Assembly (NCBI RefSeq): GCF_006345805.1
Contig: NC_043005.1
Span: 49,600,001 to 49,664,000, forward strand
Direction: 5' to 3'
DNA from: Octopus sinensis
Lineage: Eukaryota
Length of the DNA: 64,000 bases
Part shown: in pieces, positions 50,401-62,592 of the stretch
How positions within the stretch are numbered: the first letter of the stretch is position 1
Layout of the letters: every line of letters begins with the position of its first letter
Notes under the pieces: generated by a model
What the model saw: only the letters and a program-made list of their open reading frames with translations
What the model was told of the DNA's origin: nothing
Database searches by the model: none
Program-made: the position numbers and the translations under genes

Positions 50401-53400
50401 TGTCATTGACCAATAAGTTCTTTACCCACAGGTCATTTCTGATCCGGCAGGATCAAAAGTATTTCATCCATGATTCTCCTGCCTTTCTTTCACTCTTTCC
50501 CACAAAAAGATCAATTTGGCTGTGAATTCTAGCCGGTATAGTTCTAGGCCATTCCTAATTAAGCAGACCTATGATCACACACATTCCAGCTATATACACA
50601 CCATCTTTTTGTATATCTTGGACACAATCTTATATGCTTTACTGTTTTCTTTTTAATATGGTAGAGTTGTGATTAGAGGGAGATTGGATTCCTATTTCTA
50701 GCACATCTAACACTGAGAGCCTTTGCTAGTTTGAAACAGATGAAGTTGACCAGCTGATACATAACTTCAGTGGTACAACACTTTAATTCATAGAAATAGA
50801 TACATACTTTTCAGCAACCCAGTCTGCTGAGCTTTATGTAGGTACCACATAGTAGTAGTAGTAGTATAGCTTAATATGGACTGTAAAACATCTAATGTAA
50901 AGTTTTTTAATTATCCTTAAACTTTTTTGCATTTAAACTGGTCATATACAGCCTCTCACACTTACCTTACAGTGTCATTATAAAAATAAACAATCACATC
51001 ATCAAAATCTTGAAGCTTCTAGATACTGCATGATTAATTAAAAACAATGTGAATAAATAAGCATTACATTTGACAGAGTAATCTGAATACTAAAGGGTTA
51101 ATTAAATTTGGATGGTGAAAACAAGTGAGCTGTATGGTTGCATGATCTGCAAAAAATAGCAGCCAAATCTCCTTCAAAGACAACCTTACAGTCTTTTTTG
51201 TTTTTAAAGAAAAATGTATGTATTCTTAGACTTAAAACAGATAGTAAGGTTAGGGTTGGAATACCTTTGACCATAAATCTGTTGAATCAAGACTTAGGGC
51301 TGATCAACAAGACTTTAAATTTTCATCTTAATAAGAAAGTAGCAAAAAGTAAAAAAAAAAAAACAAAACAAAAAAAAATACACAACAAAATAACAAAAAA
51401 GAAACAAAAAAAAACTGTTAAAAAGTAATTAAAATCTCTTTAATTTCCTCTTTTAAATATTTAAATTCAAATATTAACATCTTGGAATATAAACAACACA
51501 GTCTATTCTTCAATTTTTTCTTTCTTTTTTCTTAAAATAACCACATTCTGGGATGGACACACACACAATCATTCACAAATGCAAAGCATATATTTCGTAA
51601 TTATCTGGAATATCTGTTATAGACAGCAGTAAATACACCACTATATAATTCTCCTTAACTTACTTTAGTTTTATTAAAAAAAATAAAATTTGAACCTTTC
51701 CCCAAAACATGGGTTAATTGATAATAATTAAGTAAATTGACTTTAGTACATGATTACTGTTTTACTAGGTCAATTCCTGAGATGAAAGGCAAAGTTGACT
51801 ACAGCAGAATTTGAACTCATACACACACTGCAAATCCACATCCCTTGATTTCTAAGCCAGGAATGAAGCCAGAAATTTTACTGGGGTGAACAGGGACAGT
51901 TGATTATATCAATCCTGGTATTTAACAGGTGGTTCACTGACCCCAGAAGAATAAAAGGCTAAAGCTGACCTCAGTGGGATATGAATGATCTCAGAAAAAA
52001 AAAAAGAAAAAAAAAAGAATAAAAACTGAATGGTTCAGGGTGAAGCCAAACCATTTTCCCTTAGACATAAGGGCCAGAAATTGATCCCTAGTAACTTGAG
52101 TGGTTACTTTACTTATTGACAATGAAAGGATGAAAGGCAAAGTTGACCTTAGAGAGATTTGATTTCAGAATGTAAAGAGCGGTAACAAATACCACAAGGT
52201 ATTTTTTTTAATGCTCTAACAATTCTGCCAATCTGGTAACAACAATCTCAAAGAATGAATCTTGGAGAGTAAGGAATATAAAAAAAAATATTAAAAAACG
52301 TTTTTAAAATCACAGAAATCTCAATTTTTCCAAAGCCTTCTCCTTTGATCCAGTCACACCATTGAATACATGTGTTTGTATGTACATACATTCATGTGTA
52401 TTATATATCTGTGTGTGTGTGTGTGCATTTGAAAGACAAAGGAGGAGGTGTGGTAAACAGATATTATACATCATAAGTAAGAAGTAAAATTAGGAGATCA
52501 ATGGATGAAGGAAGGATAAACCAACCTACCAAGTTTACAAGAATGCATAGCTTTCTTAGAGATTCAGGTTTCAACAACCAATTTCAAAGACGAGCAAGTT
52601 TGGTTCATGTTTTATACATTACTCTAAGTAACTGGAAACTCCTCACTCCCATATACAGACACACACATACACACCAGATCACACAGAATTCCAATCTGCT
52701 TTTTTTCTTTTCTAAGTTTTATCCTTTCTTCTTCATTGTTCTCTTTACCTCTAACTGACAACACTACTAGCATTGCCAAAATGACTTGGAGTGAATTCTT
52801 ACACAGACACCAGGCCAGCCTTGCAAGACCTCAGTTGGTGGGAAGGACGGGAGGAGTGAAATGAAATGCAAGCTATTCTTATATTTGTTTCAGTCATTAG
52901 ACTGAGGACGTGCTGGGGTACCACCTTGAAGAATTTTAGTCAAACAAATTGACCCCAGTATTTATTCTTTAAACCTGGTATCTTATTCTGCCAGTCCCTT
53001 TTGCCAAACTGTTAAATTACAGGGACATAAATACACTACCACCAGTTGTCAAGTGGTGGTATGGGAAAGACAGACACACACTATATATATATATATATGA
53101 TGAGCTTCTTTCAGTTTCCAACAACCAAATCTATTCAAAAGGCTTTGGTTGGTCTGAGGTTGTAGTAGAAGACACTTGCTTAAGATATCATGTAGTGGTA
53201 CTGAACCCAGAACCATGTGGTTGGGAAGCAAGCTACTTACCACACAGCTGCACCATCCTCCATGCATTCCTTAAGAACATTAATGTTGTCTGTGCCATAC
53301 TTCACTGACTTCCCACCACACCTATGATAATAATTTCTGAAGTCTAAAATTTTGTGTACAAGGTATAGTTAATTAAATCCATCTCTAGTACTCAAATGGT

Positions 53401-53900
53401 ACTTTGTTTAATTGACCCTTTCTGCTAGAAAGTTGAAAGGCAAAGTCCACTTCAACAAGATTCAAAGTCAGAACCTGAAAGGATGCAATTATTAACCTTG
53501 GACATTTTGTTGTTCTGTCGATTCTACCGATCCATCTCTACTCTGCAATCAACCAACCTGTTATGATATTATTACTGATATCTTACAAATGACAGTGTGA
53601 TGAAGAGGTTCTGTGTGAAATTCCTGTCAGTTTTTGTTTCAATAGTTAAACCTCTTCACAGTTCAGTCAAACAATTCTTTCATATGCACATGGTCACCCA
53701 GACTTATGAGACTGTGTGCTGTGTGCCTAAATATATACCCTGTGACAATTGTCACAATTCAACCCTTTGAAATTTATATCATAAATGAGATATGCTAAAA
53801 TACAATCTTGAAACCTTCCCTTCATAAGTCACAAGTGTGGGTGGGTCACAGAATGTAACTTATAGCAATATATGTAGGTGTGTGTGTATGTATGTATGCA

Positions 53901-53944
<44 letters not shown>

Positions 53945-55180
53945 TGCCACACCTGGAACCTACCCTGTGTTGGCTGTATGGTACATGTGTATATATTTGT
54001 GCATGTGTGTGTACTCACACACTCTCACACATACAGTATAATGCCAACAAATAACTGTGATCTCAATACCAAATACCCAGTCATTCCTGGTGTCCTACTT
54101 GATATACCTAAATTCTAATGAATCCTGTAACTGATATATATGTATGTATGTGTATATCATCATCATCATCGTCGTTTAACGTCCGTTCTCCATGCTAGCA
54201 TGGGTTGGACGGTTCGACCGGGGTTCTGGGAAGCCAGAAGGCTGCACCAGGCTCCAGTCTAATCTGGCAATGTTTCTACAGCTGGATGCCCTTCCTAACG
54301 CCAACCACTCCGTGAGTGTAGTGGGTGCTTTTTACGTGCCACCTGCACAGGTGCCAGGCGGGGCTGGCAACGGCCACGGTCAGATTGGTGTATTTTATGT
54401 GCCACCGGCACGGAAGCCAGTCGAGGGGGGTTGGCATGGGTGCCTGTCGTACGGTTGCATTGGAGTATTTTACGTGCCACGGCATATATATATATATATA
54501 CACACATACACAATATAAAACTGTACCTACAGGTTAGGGTAGGGAGGTTGGTTGGTACTGCAAATTAACCCAGTAAAGCAATCAAGTTTCAAAGCAGTGT
54601 TCCTACTTTTTAAGCAACTACCCTTTATCTAGACAAGATGAGTCATTCACTTCTCTGTAGGTTGTAAACACAGTATCTAGCTACCCAGTAAGATCCTAAA
54701 GTCTTGGCTGTGGGTACAGTGCAGTGCTGGTGGGCAAAATATAAACCGATAATCCTACACAATTGATTACCTGACATTTTACCATCTAAACCCTCTTAAC
54801 TCTATTATTTTATTGTTACATTTATAACAAAAATAAAGAAAGAAAGAAGAAAAAGTGGGATGACTTTGTTTTTTTTTTTTTACATTGGATTTTCTTTTTG
54901 TTATTTGTTTGTAGGGAGAGTGGGAGTTTCTCTTACTTTTTTTCTTTGTCTTTTTTCTTTTTACAAAATTGTTTCTCTCTCACTGGCATAGCAAATAAGT
55001 AGGGTGGCGATGATGATGATGATGATGATAATGTTGGTGATGATGATAATATTAGTGATGATAATGATGATGATTAACAGAGGGAAAAATATTTTTATGG
55101 ACCTTTTTTTTTAGCGGGAGTGGTGTACTGAAAAAAAATATGGGGTAGGGGAACAAAACAGGCGGTTAAAAAAGGTTCCA

Positions 55181-55282
55181 TCACAATATCATATCCTCAT
55201 CACTGTCGTCATGATATGTTATGTTGTGTTCATCTTCCATGACCAGCAGACCTTCATCATCACCATCATCTATTTGAGGCAC
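55181..55282 (-). CDS. IGF2R: CI-MPR-like terminal exon (acidic cluster / dileucine-type motif)
   Basis: ttgcag acceptor; encodes VPQIDDGDDEGLLVMEDEHNITYHDDSDEDMIL*; closely resembles the HDDSDEDLL C-termini of vertebrate CI-MPR and sortilin; the upstream MRH exons favour CI-MPR/LERP. Confidence 0.92.
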   Translation of the reverse strand: MPQIDDGDDEGLLVMEDEHNITYHDDSDEDMIL

Positions 55283-55551
55283 CTGCAAGAAAATAAATAA
55301 ATTAATAAATAATTGTGGAAATGGGACAATAATCAGGTGGTACATGTAAAGCAATTCTGATATATACAATAGACAAAAACATCTAACTAAAATAAGTCAG
55401 AGACCATGGTCCAGGAAAGAAATGGTAAATGCTTTTATTTTTCATTCCCTTCGAGAATTTATCCCTAATTAGTGGTTTGGACTTTAGCTGTTCTTTCTAG
55501 TGTAAAGGATTCCTATGATGGAAACCTCTTAATGTGTTTAAATGTACACTG

Positions 55552-55606
<55 letters not shown>

Positions 55607-55607
<1 letters not shown>

Positions 55608-55745
55608 ATATAATTTAGAGAAAAACCTCTATTAAGCAATTCAATAGTGAAAGACGTTATTCACACCATATACAAAAAATTGAATATACTACAAAAAACA
55701 TTATTTTAAAAATCAATAAAGTACATAATAAATAAATATTAAATG
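55607..55745 (-). repeat. Inverted copy of the PLE 5'UTR (matches 58725-58869)
   Basis: Reverse complement aligns at roughly 90% by eye over about 140 bp, e.g. aaaaacctctattaagcaatt...gaaagacgttattcacaccata. Confidence 0.93.
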
Positions 55746-55746
55746 A

Positions 55747-58038
55747 AAAATATAAAACTGTTCCAGAAAATACTCTTTATGATATAAATAAGGCCTCTAA
55801 ATTAATCATGATGAAATATAAGCTAGATAATAAAACTGAAACTTATGTACCTATGCACCCTAGAATTACTTTAAAAGATCATAAGGATAACTTTTATTCT
55901 GACCCAAAATTTAGACTTATTTGTCCATGTAAATCAGATCTAGGTAAATTAAGTAAGATCATTTTAGATAAATGTAGTGTCTGGAAGAATGGTTGGTTGG
56001 TCACTGTTTGTAGGTCTTCAGTCATAGTTTGGCTTAATAGGGCTAACCTTGAGCTAAGCAATAAGATCAGTTACAAGCATAAAGGAATAGATATCAGATA
56101 GCAGAGGAAGAATGTACTGGTGTTGACCCCCTCTCTGTCTGTCTCTCTCTCTCTGATAGAAGTCAGCAGTGTTCAGATCTGGAAATGATGTGTGTGTGTG
56201 TGTGGATGGGGTTTAGACATTGTGTATCTAGGATTATATCCATTATACTGCACCCTAGTAGCCTTTGTTTAGGATAAGAAGGTACTTTTAAGGTAAGTTT
56301 CACTGCTATTCCTAGAAAGTTGATTAAATGAACTTAATTACCTTAAACTTTGGACTAGTACTAATGATACTTTAAAATGGTTTAATGATACTAACGATAA
56401 AAATAGATATAAATTCATTCAAATAGATATAGATAATTATTATTCTTCTATTAATGAGATTGTACTCAATAAGGCCCTAATTTATGCAATGAATAAGGTA
56501 GGAATGACTTATGATGAAGTTAATGTAGTTAAAACGGCTAGGAAATTGTTGATTAGATATAATAAATTGTGGGCTATGAAGGATACAAGGGACTATTTTG
56601 ATATACCTATGGGGGCAACTGATTTAGTAGGTATTTATTGATTGTTGGAACTTCAATTAGAAAAATTAAAGTTGGAGGGTGGTTTATATAGGGATGACCT
56701 TTTATTACTAAGAATTGCATCAATAGAACACTAGAATTATATAAGAAACTATATAGCTTTTTAAAAGATCTGGATTAAGTATTACTATATATAATGAGAA
56801 CTATAATGTTAATTATTTAGATGCTAATTTTAATTTAATAACAGGTAAAACCCAACCATTCCATAAAATTAATGAAAACCTTAGATACATTAATGTTAAT
56901 AGTAATCATCCACCCTCAATTAAGAAATCGTTGATAGATAATATAGGTAAAAGAATATTGTTGCTTTCTTCTAATTTTGAGATTTTCCAAAAACATACAC
57001 CTTATTATAATGAAGCACTGCGGAAGGCGGGATATAATGATAATATTAAATTCGTTAATAATTGTAAATATAATTATAATATAAAAGATTATAATATAAA
57101 TGATTCCTATATTTTTTATAATAATAAACCTAATGTTAAGAATTATAAGTTTTATTTAGGTAATTATGGTCTTAATAATAGGTATTATGATAATACAAAA
57201 CATGTATATTATAATAGACTAAAAAAACAAGATTAGATTTAATTCGTTTAATGATAATAATAAATTTAATAATATAAAGAATAAATATAATAATATAAAT
57301 AATAACAAAATTTGGTTAATTATTCCTTATGGGGCTCAAGTTAAAACAAACATTAAAGAGATTTTAAATTTAATTGAAGTATTCATTAGAGATAATAACA
57401 AATATAACATTTTTTCTAGTAATAATTTTGGAGTTGGTTATACTACTAATAATGTTGGTAACATTATTTATACTACTAATAATGTTGGTAACATTATTTC
57501 TTCTTTTAATAAATTTAAGCTGAATAAGTTTTACAAAAACAAATCAAATAATTATTCCAATAATAATAATAATAAAGACCAGAAATATAAATAAATGTAA
57601 TTGTAGAGATAAGTCTACATGTAAATTTAACAATAAATGTAATTTGGATGATGTAGTTTATAAATGTGTAGTGACTTTGATTGATGATAATAATAGGAAT
57701 GGTTATAATTTAAACACGATTTGCATAGGGCTGACTGCTAATAAAATAAAATTAAAGGTGGCTCAACACATGAATTCTTTTAAGAATAGAAAATTAATTA
57801 ATTCTACTGGCCTTAGTAAATATATATGGGAACTAAAATCTAAATGTATTAAGTACAATTTAAATTGGGAGATAGTTTGTAAGGCAAAATCTTATCAAAT
57901 AGGTAGTAATTTTTGTTTGTTTATGTACTAATGAATTTAAGGAAATATTATTAGGTAATAATAAAAAATTAATTATCTAGATGAGCAAAAAATTAAATGT
58001 AGACATAAGTTAAATTACTTATATAATAAGTTTAGCTA

Positions 58039-58077
<39 letters not shown>

Positions 58078-59482
58078 CTATATATATATATACATATAAA
58101 TAAACCCTATTTTATCTTACTAATTGTTGTAGTTATAATTTGTAGCAGTATAATGTGTAGAAATTAGCATGAGATTATATAGTGTATATTACATAATTAG
58201 AATAATTACATAATAAATACATAAATTAATAAATATAGATTAAGTTATAGTAATTTAACATAATTTATGTATAGTATGTATTTTAGTTTTAAATTATATA
58301 GACTTTAAAATTTTCCAGTAAATGGTATATTACAGTTGTTTTCTTATTCTCACTGCTAAAATTCATTTTTGTCATTTTCACAACTAAAATGCATATTTCT
58401 ATCTATTTATTCTATAATTTTTATTTACACCACATTTTCACGTGATAAATTTCTTATAAACGCTAAGTCCTATGTTTTATGTTTAAAATTTTAGTTAACA
58501 GAATTTCTTCGATAAGATAAGTTATGATTTTATTTTAAGAAATAGTTAAATTTTATTCAATTATTTATTGTTAAAACATGTATTAAGTTAAGATACGTAC
58601 ATTTATTTTATTATTCTTATTATTATTTTAGACCTGATGAGTGACTATATTTTTAAGCAGAATTAATTTTAAATCGATTTTATTATTATCGATTTGAAGA
58701 TATAGCCATGAAACGCACGTAGTCCATTTACTATTTATTTATTGTTTATGTACTTTATTGATTTTTAGAATAATGTTTTTTATAGTATATTTAATTTTTT
58801 TCTCTATGGTGTGAATAACGTCTTTCACTATTAAATTGCTTAATAGAGGTTTTTTCTATAAATTATATACAAATATTATATATTGTGAAATTTGATTTTA
58901 GAATTGCTAAATTGAATTTTTCCTTGTAAGTTTGGAATTATATTCCCTACTATTATTATTATAATTTTATATTTATAACTAATGTTTATCATTGTATTTA
59001 ACTCTCAATTTCGTTAGTTATGGAACTTAGAGGTAAATTAGAATTGCTAGTTTGGAATTCATCTTTGATGGATATTCCTATACCATCTAGAAAAGAATAT
59101 ATTTTGAAACTTATTAATAATATTAAAGATTTTATTAATAGGATTAAATGGAAAGCCTACTATAATAATTGTAACATATCTAATATTAACGATGTAGAGA
59201 ATAATAATTATATCAATTCAAAATTTAAATCTAGAAAGGAACCCCCTTATAATAGGGAAATACAGGTTTTAGAGGATAATATTGGGAAGGTGGTGAAAAA
59301 TATTAAATTTCATAAATACCCAAATAGACATAATGAATATTTAAGAAATCTAGCTATTAGAATAAGAGAAATGTGAAATATGGAAGGAATTATAGTACAA
59401 TCAGATAAAACTAGGAACAAGTATAAAGTAGACGTTAAATTATATGATAAACTTTTAGAGAAAGAAATAAAGATAAAATATA
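55747..59482 (+). mobile_element. Degenerate AT-rich Penelope-like element, circularly permuted
   Basis: Order: ORF middle (KYKTVPEN...ITLKDHKDNF...RLICPCKSDLGKLSK), RT (FIQIDIDNYYSSI, PMGA, GLYRDD), thumb (SNHPPSIKK, AGY), GIY-YIG region (CNCRDK...VVYKC...CIGLT...LSKYIWELK), UTR with hammerhead, then ORF N-terminus (IPIPSRKEY...RIKWKA...SDKTRNKY...IKIKY). Many stops and frameshifts. Confidence 0.92.
58631..58724 (+). ncRNA. Type I hammerhead ribozyme with extended stem II
   Basis: GAC / CTGATGA (58634-58640) / GTGACTATAT...ATATAGCCAT (stem II, 9 of 10 paired counting G-U) / GAAAC-gcac-GTA / GTC; the stem II loop contains a further hairpin tttaaatcgat/atcgatttgaa; GUA cleavage after 58721. 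Confidence 0.75.
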
Positions 59483-59499
59483 TAATAAATAATACTTAC

Positions 59500-59569
59500 A
59501 TTAATGTATCGTGCTTTAACTGTTCGATTTCTGGTGAAGATATTTTTTATATTTTCCTTCATAATTTGC
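59500..59569 (-). CDS. IGF2R: CI-MPR-like cytoplasmic exon (juxtamembrane, Tyr motif)
   Basis: aatcag acceptor, gtaagt donor; encodes (K)QIMKENIKNIFTRNRTVKARYIN; its phase 2/0 exactly bridges the TM and terminal exons and creates a YxxPhi motif (YINV). Confidence 0.88.
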
Positions 59570-60161
59570 CTGATTATATATAAAAAAAATCTAAGTTGTA
59601 GAATTAAATCAGAAATGTAGGAAATTTATCAGACACTAAGAAAATTACATTTATAATATACATATTATACATACACATATAAATCACCTGTGCGTGTACC
59701 ACGTATAAATCACTTGTGCTGGTGCCACATAAAAGGCACTCTTGCTGGCGGCATAAAAAGCACACAGTACACTCTGTAAAGAGGCTAGTGTTAGGAAGAT
59801 GTATCCAGCCATAAAAACCATGCCAAAACAGACAATTGTTGCAGCTTGCCTGCTCCTGTCAAACTATTCAACCTATGCCAGCATGGAAAACGAACATTAA
59901 GTAGTGATGATACATCCATCTACTGTGTGGTTTCCTGTTAACCAGCTGGAAGGATTCATAAGACACAAGAGACTGAGGCAACATTGCATGGATTCAGTGA
60001 CATAGTTACTAAAAAAATAAAATATGGAGCAGGCTTCCTCACAACTGCCTTGCAAGTTCATAGCAATCACTTCAATGTATTGGCAAAAATAAACCCTGCT
60101 AAAAAAAAAAAAGAAAAAAAAACCCACTGAAATATACACTATATGATAGCTGTTGACATAT

Positions 60162-60467
60162 ATTTCTTTATTAGCCACACAGGACTTCACACAGACAGGA
60201 CAAATTACAAGTTAGAGCTTTTTATGGGGGAAGAAAGAAAAAAAATAGGGGGGGGGGCACAGGTTTTCGATCAAAAGGGATCGTAAAAGGAAAGAAAAGA
60301 AAAAAATGATCAATAGGGATCGTATATCACAGAAATGTCATGATATAAAGTGTAAAGGGGGAAACAGATGAGATTTATCCGTGGAAAGAAAAGCCTACGG
60401 AAAAGACCACGGTAACCTCGGTCAATAATGTTAACACATTTATTTGCAAGTAAGTAACTCTCTATTT
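60162..60467 (-). mobile_element. 5'-truncated retroposon 3' end (probable LINE 3'UTR)
   Basis: Perfect 15-bp TSD TAGCTGTTGACATAT (60147-60161 / 60468-60482); minus-strand end tgtgtggctaataaagaaat resembles the family A SINE tail gtgggtagtaaagaaata. Confidence 0.75.
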
Positions 60468-60847
60468 TAGCTGTTGACATATTAAAAGGCACCAGTGACA
60501 TATAAAAGACATCCAGTACACTCTGGAGTGGTTGGCATTAGGAAGGACATCAAGCCGTAGAAAACAAGCCAAAACTGACTGGAGCTTGGTGCAACACTGG
60601 CTTACCAGCTCCAGTTAGTTTTCTTAGTTGTCACCCAACTTTCGATATGGAGAGTTCAGCAGTCAAAGATTATCATAGAAATGAGTACGTGTTTGAATTT
60701 GGCCAAAAGGAAAGAGAAAAACCACATGCACTTCAACGAGTGGAAAATGGGTGTACAATAACAGTAACAACAATAACTTTTTAAAACAGAAATAAGTTTA
60801 AAAAAAAAAAAAGAAATAAACATGAAAGAAATGAAATGAGAGCTTAC

Positions 60848-60982
60848 TTTTGTTCTGGTTTCATAAGTATTTTCAGTAAGACAGCAATAATAATGATACT
60901 GAAGGTAACACTGGTAACAATAATTAATATGTGATAATTGCTTGATGCCACAGAAACTTGCTTTTTGGGTGACTGGTCAGAA
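60848..60982 (-). CDS. IGF2R: CI-MPR-like transmembrane exon
   Basis: tttcag acceptor, gtaagc donor, phase 2/2; encodes SDQSPKKQVSVASSNYHILIIVTSVTFSIIIIAVLLKILMKPEQ with a ~23-aa hydrophobic segment followed by charged residues. Confidence 0.9.
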
Positions 60983-62506
60983 CTGAAATGTAAAAGTAAA
61001 GTTGTTATAATATATATGTCTGAACACATTTATGTCTGTGTGGATGTTAGCATGGAAAGGTTACCCCCCACCCCCACACACACAAGAAGAAACCCAAATG
61101 ATTTTACATATATATCTACACACACACACACAAATGTAGAGGAATTATGGATTCTAAAACATTTACCTAAAAAACAGAGACTCAGATAATAACATTTCTG
61201 AGAATATTTCTCGATTCAGAGTATAGAATTATTTCCCTTACGACTTTGTACAAAAGTCTCTGACCAAATTATTTTCTAATTTTATTTTCAACTAAATTAT
61301 TATCTCACATTGATTTTAATTTTGCGATTTAAACAAATTAAGCAACTAATGGTGGATCTCTTTTAATAACTGAGAACCTCCTTGGTAGACAGTTAGTTAT
61401 ACCCATTTTGTCTATATACATGAAAATATGTCTGAATATATATCTGTATGTTTTTCTAGTGGTGAATAGGCAACTATTTAAGTAACCCTTTTTAAAGTTC
61501 TCTTAGGACAACTGGAGGAGAGAAAGTGTTATCCTCAAAATGGAGACCTAACCTGAATGCTTGTCACAGAGTGGATTTGGATTTCCACTAAGGCACCCAA
61601 GGGTCATGAGGTGGACAAAAGACTACATCTATCACACAGATAGTTCAGATTAGGTGAATCTTGATCAAACAGACTTATGATCTAAAGCATTTCTACTGTA
61701 GAACAAATTATATTTTTAGAGTTATCTGGGGTTATTTAGTGTATTCTCTTTTTTGTTAGAGAATAACAGAATGGTCATCATTCAACCTATGTTTTCTATG
61801 CTGGCATAGGCTGGAGGGTTGACAGCATCTGGTGAGCTACAAAGGCTTCATTGTGCTCCATGTCAACTTTGATATGGTTTCTAGAGCTGGATGTCTTTTC
61901 TAATGCCAAGCATCTAACAAAGTGTACAGAAAAGTGGACAGAAAAAAAAAAAAAACCTGGGAGAAAGGTAATTGCTCTTTCAACTATGTGTTATTGGTGG
62001 TATCTCAAAGGATGGAGACATGATTTTTATGCCAGGAACAAGCAGAGATATCTTGCTATAAAGAAGACAGATGGTAACTCTTGCATTTATATGAATGGGT
62101 GGAAATATCTGGGAATAAGGTAGTGATGAAGTGGTAAAGTAAAACCTTGAAGAAGCAAGAGATGATATGTAAGACAGTTATAAGTGTGAGGAGAGAGTGC
62201 CAGATGGTTAGAGATAGGGGTAGAAAATGTTAATTGAAAGAGATTTTGCTGGTATTTCTAACAACTCAAAAAGCCACATGGAGGTTCTCTCATAGGTCCC
62301 TATCTTAGTATATGTATGTGTGTGTGTATAGAGAATTAGAAGTTAATAACTTTCATCTATTAAACACCATAAAGCTAGAGCTAGGCACTAGTCCTGAAAT
62401 GAAGAGTGAGCCATTCAGAATCTAAGGGAGATGAGGTATGTGTGAAGGGTGGAAGGTCGGTTTGATACATTTATAAATAGAAACAATAGCTGGAGACACT
62501 ACTTAC

Positions 62507-62592
62507 TTATTGTAATGAGGGCAGGCTAATTTGGAATGCCAATAAAACAGAAAGACACATTCGTTTGATTCATATACAAAGGTAGGATTCTC
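62507..62592 (-). CDS. IGF2R: CI-MPR-like exon (end of last MRH repeat)
   Basis: ttacag acceptor, gtaagt donor; encodes ENPTFVYESNECVFLFYWHSKLACPHYN, the P-x-F...C-x3-F-x-W-x-S/T-x2-A-C MRH signature; phases 0/2 fit the neighbouring exons. Confidence 0.9.

Noticed and set aside
59897-60190. Minus ORF with a strong tagcag acceptor, considered as the missing CI-MPR exon
   Set aside because: No good phase 0 donor and no sorting motif; the exon at 59500-59569 fits phases and motifs far better.
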